A stretch of DNA of 64,000 nt, taken from positions 950,939 through 1,014,938 of the forward strand of contig CAWCLG010000006.1 of NCBI GenBank assembly GCA_963796335.1, given 5' to 3'. The notes under the pieces are model-generated. The model worked only from the letters and a program-made list of their open reading frames with translations. It had not been told where the DNA came from and did not search any database. The DNA is from an uncultured Gemmatimonadales bacterium (GTDB taxonomy: Bacteria > Gemmatimonadota > Gemmatimonadetes > Gemmatimonadales > GWC2-71-9). This document shows, in pieces, positions 54,824 to 64,000 of the stretch. The position numbers and the translations under genes were made by a program. The stretch's first letter is position 1. Each line of letters begins with the position of its first letter.

Positions 54824-55753
54824 ATGCTGAACTACATCTGGGCAGGGCTCATCGTCGCCAGCTTCGTGTTCGCACTCGGCTACGACGTCCGCGATCTCGC
54901 GGCGGACCGGTATCGCAACGGGCGGCCGCTCCCCGTGGAGCTGATCTACCCCGAAGGCAACGACCCCGCCGCGCGCCGGGTTCCGGTCGAGATACGCATC
55001 CCGCAGTTCGCGACCTTCTATGGCACGGCCGACACGGCAACCGGCTACGCCGGCTACATCCTCCGCACCCGGGACGCACAGCAGATCCGATTCGACGCCG
55101 AGGCCAAGCTTCCCGAGCCGCTCGCCAGTATCGCCAAGGTCTCCAAGTCCCGCGACGACGAGCTGCAGGGACGGCTGGTCGGCTCGGGAGTGGTCTTCGA
55201 GCCGGTACGCTTCGTCAAGCTGAATGCCATCGCCTCCGCGGCTATCGACTTCGCGAAGACCGGCGCCGAGATCGCCCTCGGACTCATCGGCGTGCTCGCG
55301 CTCTTTCTCGGCCTCCTCAAGATCGCGGAGGACGCCGGCATCGTGTACGCGCTGGTGAAGCTGGTCCGTCCGATCCTGCGACCGCTGTTTCCCGATGTGC
55401 CGCCCGATCATCCCGCGCTCGGCATGATCGCCCTCAATCTCACGGCCACGCTCTTCGGCCTGGGCAACGCCGCCACGCCGTTCGGGATCAAGGCGATGGA
55501 GGAGCTCCAGAAGCTGAACCGGTCGACGGACACCGCGACCAACTCGATGGTCATGCTGCTGGCGATCAACACCGCCGCGCTTCAACTGGTCCCGCCGGTG
55601 CTGCTGCTGGCGCTGATGGGCACCCAAATCAACACGCTCATCTTCCCGATCCTCACCACATCGGTTCTCGGACTCATCGTCGCCATACTCGCCGCGAAGC
55701 TGCTGGGACGCCTGCCCGGCTATCGGGCCTCCGACCCCAACCGGAAGGTCTGA
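54824..55753 (+). CDS. nucleoside-recognition-domain membrane protein (SpmA-like)
   Basis: MLNYIWAGLIVASFVFAL...LGLIGVLALFLGLLKIAEDAGIV...LNLTATLFGLGNAATPFGIKAMEEL. Confidence 0.8.
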   Translation: MLNYIWAGLIVASFVFALGYDVRDLAADRYRNGRPLPVELIYPEGNDPAARRVPVEIRIPQFATFYGTADTATGYAGYILRTRDAQQIRFDAEAKLPEPLASIAKVSKSRDDELQGRLVGSGVVFEPVRFVKLNAIASAAIDFAKTGAEIALGLIGVLALFLGLLKIAEDAGIVYALVKLVRPILRPLFPDVPPDHPALGMIALNLTATLFGLGNAATPFGIKAMEELQKLNRSTDTATNSMVMLLAINTAALQLVPPVLLLALMGTQINTLIFPILTTSVLGLIVAILAAKLLGRLPGYRASDPNRKV

Positions 55754-55763
55754 GGGCGATCCC

Positions 55764-56306
55764 ATGGAGACCGTGCGCAACGCCATCAGCCTTCTCTCGT
55801 ACTTCGTCCTCCCGCTGATCCTGGTGGGGTTCCCGCTCTACGGCCTGGTCAAGCGGGTGCCGGTCTATGAGAGCTTCGTGGAAGGTGCGAAGGACGGATT
55901 CAACGTCGCGGTCCGGATCATCCCGTATCTGGTCGCGATCCTCTTCGCCATCGCCATGTTCCGGGCCAGCGGCGCGATGGAGGCGCTGACCCGGGCGCTG
56001 GATCCGATGCTCGGCCTGATCGGATTCCCCGCCGAGCTGCTGCCGATGGCGATCATCCGCTCGCTCTCGGGCTCGGGCTCGGCCGCGCTGGTGGTCGACA
56101 TGATCAACCACTACGGGGAGGACTCGGTCCTGGTGAAGATGGCGGCCGTGATGTACGGCTCCAGCGAGACGACCTTCTACGTGATCGCGGTCTATTTCGG
56201 AGCCGTGGGGATCAAGAAGACCCGCCACGCGGTGCCGGCGGGCCTGCTGGCCGATGCGGCGGCGATGCTCATCGCGGTGTGGACCGTGCGGCTGCTGTTC
56301 GGCTGA
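55764..56306 (+). CDS. SpmB-like membrane protein
   Basis: It starts 10 bp after the SpmA-like gene. VPVYESFVEGAKDGFNVAVRIIPYLVAILFAIAMFRASGA...SLSGSGSAALV...YGSSETTFYVIAVYFGAVGI. Confidence 0.8.
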   Translation: METVRNAISLLSYFVLPLILVGFPLYGLVKRVPVYESFVEGAKDGFNVAVRIIPYLVAILFAIAMFRASGAMEALTRALDPMLGLIGFPAELLPMAIIRSLSGSGSAALVVDMINHYGEDSVLVKMAAVMYGSSETTFYVIAVYFGAVGIKKTRHAVPAGLLADAAAMLIAVWTVRLLFG

Positions 56307-56395
56307 ACTGTCAAACTGGCGGCCTCCGGTATCGGGTCGTATGTTCTCGCCGACCCCACCTGCACAATCCAGGTAGTCCTCTTCAAGGAGGAACC

Positions 56396-56875
56396 ATGCG
56401 TCGCCTCACGCTCTGCTGCTGCGCGGCCGTTCTCGCCGCCTGCGGTCCCAAGGACGAGCCGCCGAAGGACGAGACGGCCGACGCTACCGCCGCCGCGCCT
56501 GCGCCCGAAGCGCCCGCCGCGATCGCCCTGTCCGATGTCGCCGGCACCTGGAAGGTGAACGTGTTGTCCGAGAGCGGCGACACGACCTACTTCACTTTCG
56601 ACATGGTCGCCACCGATAACAAGGATGGCTGGTCGTTCAACTTCCCGAAGAAGAAGCCCGTCCCGGTGAAAGTGGTCGCGGTGGAGGGAGACAGCATCGT
56701 CACCGAGGCCGGACCGTTCGAGAGCATGATACGGAAGGGTGTGACCGTGACCCTGTCACGTAGCGTCAACCGAATCCAGGACGGCAAGCTGGTGGGGCTC
56801 ACCACCGCGCACTACGAAACCAAGGGTCCTGATTCGATGACCGTCGTGCGATTCGAGGGCACCCGCGCGCCCTGA
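56396..56875 (+). CDS. lipoprotein, unknown function
   Basis: ATG 56396 follows AAGGAGG. Lipobox CCAAVLAAC. Confidence 0.6.
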   Translation: MRRLTLCCCAAVLAACGPKDEPPKDETADATAAAPAPEAPAAIALSDVAGTWKVNVLSESGDTTYFTFDMVATDNKDGWSFNFPKKKPVPVKVVAVEGDSIVTEAGPFESMIRKGVTVTLSRSVNRIQDGKLVGLTTAHYETKGPDSMTVVRFEGTRAP

Positions 56876-56885
56876 ATCCCGGAGC

Positions 56886-56945
56886 GTCACCCTGAACGCA
56901 GCGAAGGGGACCATGCGGATATGGTCCCCTTCACTTTAAGATTCC
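56886..56945. repeat. degenerate REP-like element
   Basis: The left arm GTCACCCTGAACGCAGCGAAGGGGACCAT resembles the family. Only the inner 12 bp (GAAGGGGACCAT / ATGGTCCCCTTC) still pair. The right arm has decayed to CACTTTAAGATTCCG. Confidence 0.5.
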
Positions 56946-57047
56946 GTCGTCCCCAACCAGACCCAGCCTATCCCCAGCCTCCGCGACACCCTTCAGCACA
57001 CCCTCGCCGGCAGCTACACCATCGAGCGCGAGCTCGGCGGCGGCGGG

Positions 57048-59396
57048 ATGTCCACGGTCTATGTCGCCGAGGAGACGGCGCTCGGTCGCCGGGTGGTGAT
57101 CAAGGTGCCGCCCGCGGAGCTGGCCCAGGCCATGAGCGGCGAGCGGTTCCGGCAGGAGATCCGGTTCGCGGCCAAGCTCACCCATCCGCACATCGTCCCC
57201 TTGCTCACGGCGGGCGAGAGCAACGGGGTGCCCTGGTACACCATGCCGTACGTCGAGGGCGAGTCGCTTCGCATGCGGCTCGCCCGGGGACCGCTGCCGC
57301 TCGCCGAAGCGGTGAGCCTGTTGCGCGACGTGGCCCGAGCCCTGGCTTACGCGCACGAGCACGGCGTGGTCCACCGCGACATCAAGCCCGACAATGTCCT
57401 GCTGACCGGCGGCACCGCGATGGTGACCGACTTCGGCGTCGCCAAGGCATTGAGCGCGGCGACGGACGCGGGGCAGGGGGCCACCACGACCCTCGGTGTG
57501 GTGCTGGGCACGCCCGCTTACATGGCGCCGGAGCAGGGCGCCGGCGATCCGGCCACCGATCACCGGGCCGACATCTACGCCTTCGGCTGCCTCGCCTACG
57601 AGACGCTGACCGGCGCGCCGCCGTTCACCGGACGCCCGCCGGCCGCGCTCCTCGCCGCCCACGCGATCGAGTCTCCCGAGCCGGTGGCGCGGCGTCGGGC
57701 GGAGATACCGCCGGCGCTGGCGGCCCTGGTGATGCGCTGCCTGGCCAAGCGCCCGGCCGACCGGCCGCAGACCGCGGCCGAGATCTTCAGTGCGCTCGAC
57801 GGCGTGCCGGTCAGCGCGGGGATACGGCGGAAGCCACTCGCGATCTTCGCGGGCATGCTGGCGATCCTGCTGGGGCTCGGCGTGGTCTTCTCCTCCCGCC
57901 TCGGCCGCGGGCCGAGTGCCGGCGCCGGTCCGGCCGCCCCGAGCCCGCTCCACTCGGTCGCGATCATCCCCTTCGTCAACACCGGCGGCAACCCGGAGGA
58001 CGAATACTTCTCCGACGGCATGACCGACGAGCTGGCCCACGCCATCGCCGGGCTCTCCGACATCCGGGTGGCTGGTCGCACCTCCTCCTACGCCTATAAA
58101 GGAAAGCCGGCCACGGTCCAGGACATCGGACGGGCGCTCGGCGTCAAAGGCGTCATCGCCGGCACGGTCCGGCGGTCCGGCGACCGGCTCCGGGTCACCG
58201 TGCAGCTCTCCAGCGCCGACGACGGGTTCCAGCGCTGGTCCCACGAGTACGAGCGGCAGGCGTCGGATGTGTTCGCGCTCCAGGACGAGCTGACCCGGGC
58301 GATCGTGGTCGAGCTGGAGCCCGCGCTCCGCGGGACGGCGGCCGCGGTGGCGACGGAACGGCGAGGCACCGATGACGCCGAGGCGTACGAGCACTATCTC
58401 CGGGGCCGCTACTTCTTCGCCCGGCGTGGCACACCCGGCCTGCTGAAGGCGCTGGAGGAGTACCGCGCCGCCATCGCCCGCGACTCGGCGTTCGCTCGGG
58501 CCTGGGCCGGGATCGCTCTAGTCCATGTGGTCTTCCCCTCATACGAGTCGGTGAACGCGGATTCGGTCAACCAGCTCGGCATCGCGGCGGCGAAGCGGTC
58601 GCTGGCGCTGGACTCGACCGTTACGGAAGCCCATCTCGCCTTGGCCAACGCGCTGGCGAACCAGATGCACCTGGCGGAGGCTGACGCCGAGTTCCGCCGG
58701 GTGCTGGCGATCTCGCCGAACGACGCGATGGCGAATCAGTGGCACGCCTCGATACTCCAGGCGCAAGGGAGAATGGACGAGGCGATCCAGGCGTCCCGCC
58801 GCGCGGTCGCCCTGGAGCCGCTCTCGGCCGTCACCAACACTGACCTGGCCGTCGTGCTGCTCTCCTTGCGGCAGTACCCCGAAGCCTTTGAACAGGCCCG
58901 GAGGGGATTGGAGCTGGATTCGACCTATACCTACAGCCGGGTGGCGCTCGCCTGGCTGCACGGCGTCACCGGACAGCCGGACAGTGCCCTGGCTCAACTC
59001 GGTCTCGATCGGCCGGCCGAAGACGGGCTCTTCTGGCGGGGCGCGGGCTGGCGCGGGCTGGCGGCATGGGCGTACGGCCTCGCAGGGCGACGGAAGGACG
59101 TCGAGCGGATGCGGAACGAGATCATGCGTCAGCCGGGTGGTCCGGTCGGCTACGATCAGGCGATGGCGGACCTGGCGCTGGGGGATCTCGAGGGAGCGGT
59201 GCGTGGGCTGGCGCGGAGCCTCGAGCGGCATGAGCTGCTGGGGATGGAAGCGAATCCCGGCTGCACGCCGGTGTTCGACCGGCTTCGGGCGCTGCAGAGC
59301 TACCAGAAGCTGATGAAGGAGTACGGCATTCGGGTCTGCGAGCCCCCGCGCGCCTCTGCCATGCCTCACCCCTCCACCCCGCCGACATTGTCCTGA
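57048..59396 (+). CDS. Ser/Thr protein kinase with TM, TolB-like module and TPR region; the 5' end is probably mis-set
   Basis: Kinase motifs VVIK, HRDIKPDN, DFG and GTPAYMAPEQ. Then AIIPFVNTGGNPEDEYFSDGMTDELAHAI...LRVTVQLSSADDGFQRWSHEY, followed by TPR repeats. The in-frame upstream sequence PSLRDTLQHTLAGSYTIERELGGGG (the Gly loop) has no start codon back to TAA 56936. Confidence 0.85.
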   Translation: MSTVYVAEETALGRRVVIKVPPAELAQAMSGERFRQEIRFAAKLTHPHIVPLLTAGESNGVPWYTMPYVEGESLRMRLARGPLPLAEAVSLLRDVARALAYAHEHGVVHRDIKPDNVLLTGGTAMVTDFGVAKALSAATDAGQGATTTLGVVLGTPAYMAPEQGAGDPATDHRADIYAFGCLAYETLTGAPPFTGRPPAALLAAHAIESPEPVARRRAEIPPALAALVMRCLAKRPADRPQTAAEIFSALDGVPVSAGIRRKPLAIFAGMLAILLGLGVVFSSRLGRGPSAGAGPAAPSPLHSVAIIPFVNTGGNPEDEYFSDGMTDELAHAIAGLSDIRVAGRTSSYAYKGKPATVQDIGRALGVKGVIAGTVRRSGDRLRVTVQLSSADDGFQRWSHEYERQASDVFALQDELTRAIVVELEPALRGTAAAVATERRGTDDAEAYEHYLRGRYFFARRGTPGLLKALEEYRAAIARDSAFARAWAGIALVHVVFPSYESVNADSVNQLGIAAAKRSLALDSTVTEAHLALANALANQMHLAEADAEFRRVLAISPNDAMANQWHASILQAQGRMDEAIQASRRAVALEPLSAVTNTDLAVVLLSLRQYPEAFEQARRGLELDSTYTYSRVALAWLHGVTGQPDSALAQLGLDRPAEDGLFWRGAGWRGLAAWAYGLAGRRKDVERMRNEIMRQPGGPVGYDQAMADLALGDLEGAVRGLARSLERHELLGMEANPGCTPVFDRLRALQSYQKLMKEYGIRVCEPPRASAMPHPSTPPTLS

Positions 59397-59480
59397 CAGG
59401 TGGCACCCCGGCGGATGTCACATCGGGAAGTTGCGGGATGCTCCTAGAGCATCTCCCTCACCCGCGCCGCGGAGGGTCTT

Positions 59481-60248
59481 ATGCCGATCAGCCACGTATT
59501 TCCCGCGCCCCTGTCGCTGCTTCTCCTTATGAGCCTTTCGGCTTGCGACAAGCCGACAGCCCCCACCAGAACCGACGCCGAGCAGACCGCTCCCACCGGC
59601 GACCTCGAGCTCTCGGCGGCGGAGTCGGCCGATGCCGAGGTCTCCGCCGCCGCCGCCCCGTTCGCCGACGCCGAAGTGTTCTTCGAGCTGAACGCGACGG
59701 ACGACGACCTTGGGTTCCAGCTCTTCCTCGATTCCGACGACCCGTGGAAGCGGGTCAGAGTGCTGGATCCCGACCTCAGAGACATCCTCGTCTTTCAAAC
59801 CGCGGGCAGACTTTCCCGTCTGGGACTCACCGAGCTGCGGTTCGAGAGCGCGGAGCCGTCGCCCGCTGCAGTGCTCGCGCTGTTCCCGGAGGGCCGGTAC
59901 CGCTTCCGCGGCCGCACAGTCGGCGATCGGCAGCTGAACAGCGTAGCCACGCTGTCGCACGACTTCCCCGCCGAGCCGACGTTGTCGCCGTCGGGCGGGC
60001 AGGTCGTGGATCCCCGCAATGCGGTTGTCGAGTGGAATACGCCGGGCGCGGAGCGGGTCGAGCTGATCATCGAGCAGGACGAGCTGGAGCACTTCTTCGA
60101 CGTCACCGTCTCGGCCTCGACTAGGCGGATGCGGATTCCGCCCCAGTTCCTCACGCCGGGGACGGATTACAAGATCGAGATCCTATCGATCGGCGAGAAC
60201 GGCAACCGGATCATCGTGGAGAGCACGTTCCGCACCGCGGAACCCTGA
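59481..60248 (+). CDS. lipoprotein, unknown function
   Basis: Lipobox LLLLMSLSAC. The ORF is intact at 255 aa. Confidence 0.6.
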   Translation: MPISHVFPAPLSLLLLMSLSACDKPTAPTRTDAEQTAPTGDLELSAAESADAEVSAAAAPFADAEVFFELNATDDDLGFQLFLDSDDPWKRVRVLDPDLRDILVFQTAGRLSRLGLTELRFESAEPSPAAVLALFPEGRYRFRGRTVGDRQLNSVATLSHDFPAEPTLSPSGGQVVDPRNAVVEWNTPGAERVELIIEQDELEHFFDVTVSASTRRMRIPPQFLTPGTDYKIEILSIGENGNRIIVESTFRTAEP

Positions 60249-61284
60249 GCGATCCGCAGGTACGGGTCATCCGCCACTGCCCGCGGATCCGGTACTGGCC
60301 CCGCTGGCCGGTGAAGGTGAACTGGCCGATGGCCCCCGCGACCTCGTTCCCCAGCACTGCGTCGGCCGCGAGCCGCGGATCGAGCCCGGCGAAAGCGAGT
60401 CCCGGCGGGAAGACATCCTCGTCGAACTCGTCCCGCAGCCAGCGGACGAAGCGGTCGAGCACCGAGCCGGCGGCCTGGGAGATGGTCGCCGGGTGGACCC
60501 CGGCGATGCGCCGCTCGACCGTTTGACGCAGGATCGGGCTGGCCTTCGCCCAGGCGCCGGCGAGGGCGTCCGCGAAGCCCGCCCGATCCGCCACCTCCAG
60601 AAACGCCGCCGCGCCGTATGTCAGCGACTGCTCGCCTAGTGTCTCGGGCACCGGGAACTCGCAGAATTTCCTCCCCGGAACGCCGTACTCCTTCCGCACT
60701 CCGTTCCCGAAATCGTGGCGCACCAGGAACCGTCCGACCGGGGCGACATCGCCGCCGGCATCGAGGGCCAGGCCGCCGACCGCGATCTCCTCGCCCTTCG
60801 GCGCATCCGCCGTGCGGTCGAGGCAGCTGACGTCGGTGATGTAGAGGGCGAGGGTGGTGCGGGACAGCCGGGTCGGGGACTGGGCGGCGGCGCGCGGCGG
60901 AGTGGTTTTGCTCGCCGTGGCCCTCCGCGGCACGCGGAATCCGGCCTCCACGGGCGGGAGATGCCGGGCGGCGATGGCGAGTCCGCCGCAGGCGAACTCC
61001 TCGGCGCCGAACTGGCCGTACCGGCCGAACATCGCCCGGCGGCTCAGGGCCGGAGCCATGGCGATCCGTCGGGCCCGCGAGTGATAGACCCAGCGCTGCT
61101 CCACCGGCCGGAGGCTGATGGCCCCCTGAAACGCCTCTTCCAGGCTGCCGAACGGCAGGCGGATCTCGGGGTGCGCCGCGGCCGAGACGAAGGAGTATTG
61201 CAGGCCCTGGAGCAGGTCGGTGGCGACGGCCTCCAGCTCACGATCCAGCGGGGGTACCTGGCCAAGGGCGATGGAGGGGGTCAT
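60211..61284 (-). CDS. hypothetical protein, no recognisable motif
   Basis: ATG 61284 follows GAGGAA. The track start at 61350 is a GTG inside the promoter block. The 3' end overlaps the convergent lipoprotein gene by 38 bp. Confidence 0.5.
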   Translation of the reverse strand: MTPSIALGQVPPLDRELEAVATDLLQGLQYSFVSAAAHPEIRLPFGSLEEAFQGAISLRPVEQRWVYHSRARRIAMAPALSRRAMFGRYGQFGAEEFACGGLAIAARHLPPVEAGFRVPRRATASKTTPPRAAAQSPTRLSRTTLALYITDVSCLDRTADAPKGEEIAVGGLALDAGGDVAPVGRFLVRHDFGNGVRKEYGVPGRKFCEFPVPETLGEQSLTYGAAAFLEVADRAGFADALAGAWAKASPILRQTVERRIAGVHPATISQAAGSVLDRFVRWLRDEFDEDVFPPGLAFAGLDPRLAADAVLGNEVAGAIGQFTFTGQRGQYRIRGQWRMTRTCGSLRVPRCGTCSPR

Positions 61285-61350
61285 GGCGGTTCCTCGGTGT
61301 TGGGCGGATTGCGCGGCCCGACCCGCGCGCCTACCGTAAGAGACCGGCAC

Positions 61351-61407
61351 AGTATGCCGGTCCCCCGTCTCCGCATCGCCCCCTGTCCGTCACTCGGCAG
61401 GTGACGT
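61351..61407 (-). promoter_or_regulatory. conserved promoter block with GTCAC-N7-GTGAC palindrome (copy C), in a divergent intergenic region
   Basis: In gene orientation it reads GACGTCACCTGCCGAGTGACGGACAGGGGGCGATGCGGAGACGGGGGACCGGCATACT. The palindrome lies about 50 nt upstream of the divergent SARP-AAA-TPR gene. Confidence 0.45.
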
Positions 61408-61454
61408 CTTGAGCGCAGAGCCAGCAGTGGCCGGGCTCGTCCGGGTCCGGACCC

Positions 61455-64000
61455 TTGGTACGATTGACGTTCGACGCGCGCATGGCCCCGAGGCCGGGGT
61501 CCGCGCGGTCGTGTCCCAGCCCAAGCGGTTCGCCCTGCTGGCCTACCTCGCCGCCGCCACGCCCCACGGCTTCCACCGCCGCGACACCCTCCTCGCCCTG
61601 TTCTGGCCCGAGCTGGACCTGGCCCAGGGGCGCCATGCCCTCCGGCAGAGCCTCCACTTCCTCCGCCTCCAGCTCGGCCCGGTCGTGGTCCGCCGGGGTG
61701 ATGAAGACGTCGGGCTCGACCCGGCGATGCTCTGGTGCGACGTCCCCGCCTTCGAGCAGGCGCTGGAACAGGGACAGCCCGAGACGGCGCTGGACCTGTA
61801 CGCCGGCGATTTCCTCCCCGGCTTCTTCGTCTCCGGCGTGTCGGCGGAGTTCGAGCAGTGGCTGGATATCGAGCGGGCCCGACTCCGCGCCGCCGCCGCG
61901 CGGGCCGCGTGGTCGGTCGCCGATCGGGCGGAGGGGGAAGGCCGGGGGCCGGACGCCGCTCACTGGGCCAGGCGGGCGGTTGCGCTGGCGCCCGACGACG
62001 AGGGCGGCGTGCGCCGTCTCATGGCGCTGCTCGACCGGTTCGGCGACCGGTCCGGTGCGCTCCGGGCCTACGAGCAGTTCGCCGAAGGGCTGCGCACCGA
62101 GTTCGCCGCCGATCCGGCGCCCGAGACCCAGGTGCTGCTGGAGGCGGTGCGCCAGGGGCGGAGCGCGCCGGCCGCCGTGCCTCCGCCGCCCTCGCCACTG
62201 AGCACGGACACGCCGCTCCCGGTCCGCTCCACGACCGATCCCGATTTCGACCAGCTGGTCGGCCGCGACCACGTCCTCCAGCTCCTGCGGGCCGAGCTCA
62301 AGCGGGCGCTGGCCGGCGGTTGCGAGCCGGTGCTGGTGCTGGGCGAGGCGGGTATCGGCAAGACTCAGCTCGCGAGGTACTTCGCGCGGCTGGCGCGGTC
62401 CGAAGGGGCGCGCTGCCTGGTCGCCCACTTCTTCGACTATCAGGGCAGCCGGCTCGCTCCTTACGAAACGCTGCTCGACGTCCTCGCCTCCGCCCTGGAG
62501 GACGACGACACGGATCTCGCCCCGTCGCTCCCGGAGCGGGTGCAACAGCGGCTCGGCGTGACGCTGCCGCCCGAGCTGCGCCACGCCGCCGACGGCGGTC
62601 CCGTCCGGGCGCCGGCCGACTCCGGGCACGTGAGCGCGGTCCTGGGCCGCTGCTTCCGCCGGCTGAGCCGGGAGCGCCCGCTCGTCCTGCTCCTCGACGA
62701 TCTCCAGTGGGCGGACGAGGCGAGCCGCCAGGTGATCGGCTACCTCATGCGGACCGCGGTCGCCGATCCCCTGCTCATCGTCGGACTCGCCCGGCTGGAG
62801 GAAGCGGAGGAGCAGACCCACCCGCTGGCCGCCTGGCTGCGGCAGGAGGCGGCGGCGCGCGGGTTCACCAGCGTGCGACTGCGCACGCTGACCGACACGG
62901 AAGTCGGCATCGAAGTCGCCAGGGTGTTCGCCGCGAGCGGAGGAGTGACGCTCCCGGCCGCCGTCCCCGCGACGCTGCACAAGCTCACCGGCGGCAATCC
63001 CTATTTCCTGGTCGAGACCATCCGCTTCCTGCTGGAGCACGGGCTCTTGATCCGGGTCCCCGGCTCGGGCTGGACCTGGCACGACCCGGAGGGGCTCTTT
63101 GCCGGCGGGATCGCGGGCGGCCGTTCGGCCGGCAACACCGCGGAGCGGCTGGTGCTCCCCGCCTCCCTCGCGGCCGCGGCCGGCGCGCGACTGGACCGGC
63201 TCTCGGCGGAGGTGCGGGAGGTGGTGGAAACCGCGGCGGTGATCGGCGAGGAGTTTCGCCTGCGGACGCTCGCGGCGGTGGATGGACGGGACGAGGCCGC
63301 GCTCGAGCCGCTGCTCGCCGCCGCGGTCCGCGCCGGCGTGATCAGCGAGAGCGGGCTCTCAGCCGGCGAGGATGCCCGCTTCGCACACACGCTCCTGCGC
63401 CGGGCCTGCTATGCGGCGGTGCCGTCGCGCCGCCGCCGGCGGCTGCACGAGCAGGTGGCCCGGGGGCTCGAGCGCATCTACCGCGACGGGCTCGACCGCG
63501 TGGCCCCCGCGATCGCGGCCCACCTGGCCGCCGCGGCCCAGCCCGGCGAAGCCCTGCTCTGGTTCCTCCGCGCGAGCCGGGCGGCCGCCGCGCGCGGACA
63601 GTGGCGCGAGGCGCTGGAATCGATCGAGCGCGCGCGAGCGGTGGAGAACGAAGCCGCCAAGGCCGGCGTCGAGGTGGATGGCGCCATCCTGCCGGCGCTC
63701 CGCTTCGCCGAGGGCGAGGCGCTGCTCGCCGCGGGTCGGCTGCGGGAGTCCGCCGCGGCTCTGACCGACGCCGCGCGGCTCGCCCTGGCGGGTGGACCGG
63801 CGGGCGGCCCCCAGAGCGCCGAGCAACGGTCGCTGGAGGCGCTGGCGATGCTGCGGCTCGCTCGCGCGCGGGCGAGCATGGCCGAGTACGCCGAGGCCCG
63901 CGCCGCCGCCGAGTCGGCGCACGAGCGGTTCCGCGCGCTGGGCGACGCCGCGGCCGCCGCGGCCGCGCTGGTGCAGCTCGGCGAGATCGACACCGCCCTC
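61455..64000 (+). CDS. AfsR-like regulator (SARP winged helix + BTAD + AAA/NB-ARC-type ATPase + TPR); partial because it runs off the right edge; one frameshift near 61478-61484
   Basis: This gene is absent from the ORF track because it has no stop in the window. TTG 61455 gives LVRLTFDAR, then a frame change leads to GPEAGVRAVVSQPKRFALLAYLAAA...LFWPELD...LYAGDFLPGFFVSGVSAEFEQW...RRLMALL. Walker A is LVLGEAGIGKTQL and Walker B is LVLLLDDLQWAD. TPR-like helices continue to position 64000. Confidence 0.8.

Noticed and set aside
61285-61350. The track start (GTG 61350) for the hypothetical gene 60211..61350
   Set aside because: That GTG lies inside the conserved promoter block, directly after the CATACT hexamer. 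ATG 61284 with its GAGGAA ribosome-binding site is the more plausible start.

Overview
This is a high-GC bacterial chromosomal segment with about 60 protein-coding genes, no rRNA or tRNA genes, no CRISPR array and no recognisable IS element or prophage. The gene content looks like a soil Gemmatimonadota- or Acidobacteriota-like organism, judging by the many Uma2 nucleases, Ser/Thr kinases with TPR sensors, SARP regulators and GTCATCCTGAGCGAAGCGAAGGA-type palindromes. That taxonomic guess cannot be verified from the sequence alone. Housekeeping anchors are groES-groEL (30516..28535, minus), a cspA-like gene (36403..36609) and exodeoxyribonuclease III (40544..41419, minus). The window is rich in signalling genes. 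It holds three Ser/Thr kinases with a TM + TolB-like + TPR sensor (13535..16234, 36876..39149, 57048..59396). It also holds four SARP/BTAD regulators: a decayed one running off the left edge, one fused to a pseudokinase, one with the same TM/TolB-like/TPR sensor, and an AfsR-like SARP-AAA-TPR running off the right edge that is missing from the ORF track. Other content includes a two-gene copper amine oxidase, a selenium-binding-protein cluster, two paralogous six-repeat YATC lipoproteins, a galactose-oxidase-like protein, a B12/radical-SAM enzyme, three Uma2 nucleases (one with an internal deletion), a tandem WYL (PafBC-like) pair and a 1147-aa nuclease/exonuclease/SF1-helicase fusion. Non-coding structure includes four REP-like palindromes and a 57-nt promoter block with a GTCAC-N7-GTGAC palindrome upstream of three unlinked genes. 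A ~370-bp promoter+gene cassette is duplicated at 12.2 and 22.2 kb and brackets the nuclease-helicase. There is also an orphan intrinsic terminator upstream of csp and a Cro-like operator. The left 9 kb carries far more reading-frame breaks than the rest, and several sit at short G/C homopolymers, so sequencing error and true decay cannot be separated here. The best candidates for something new are the nuclease-helicase bracketed by duplicated tail-anchored genes, the kinase/SARP-pseudokinase divergent pair, and the YATC-repeat lipoproteins with their shared promoter block. No database search or computation was run; every family call rests on motifs read by eye.
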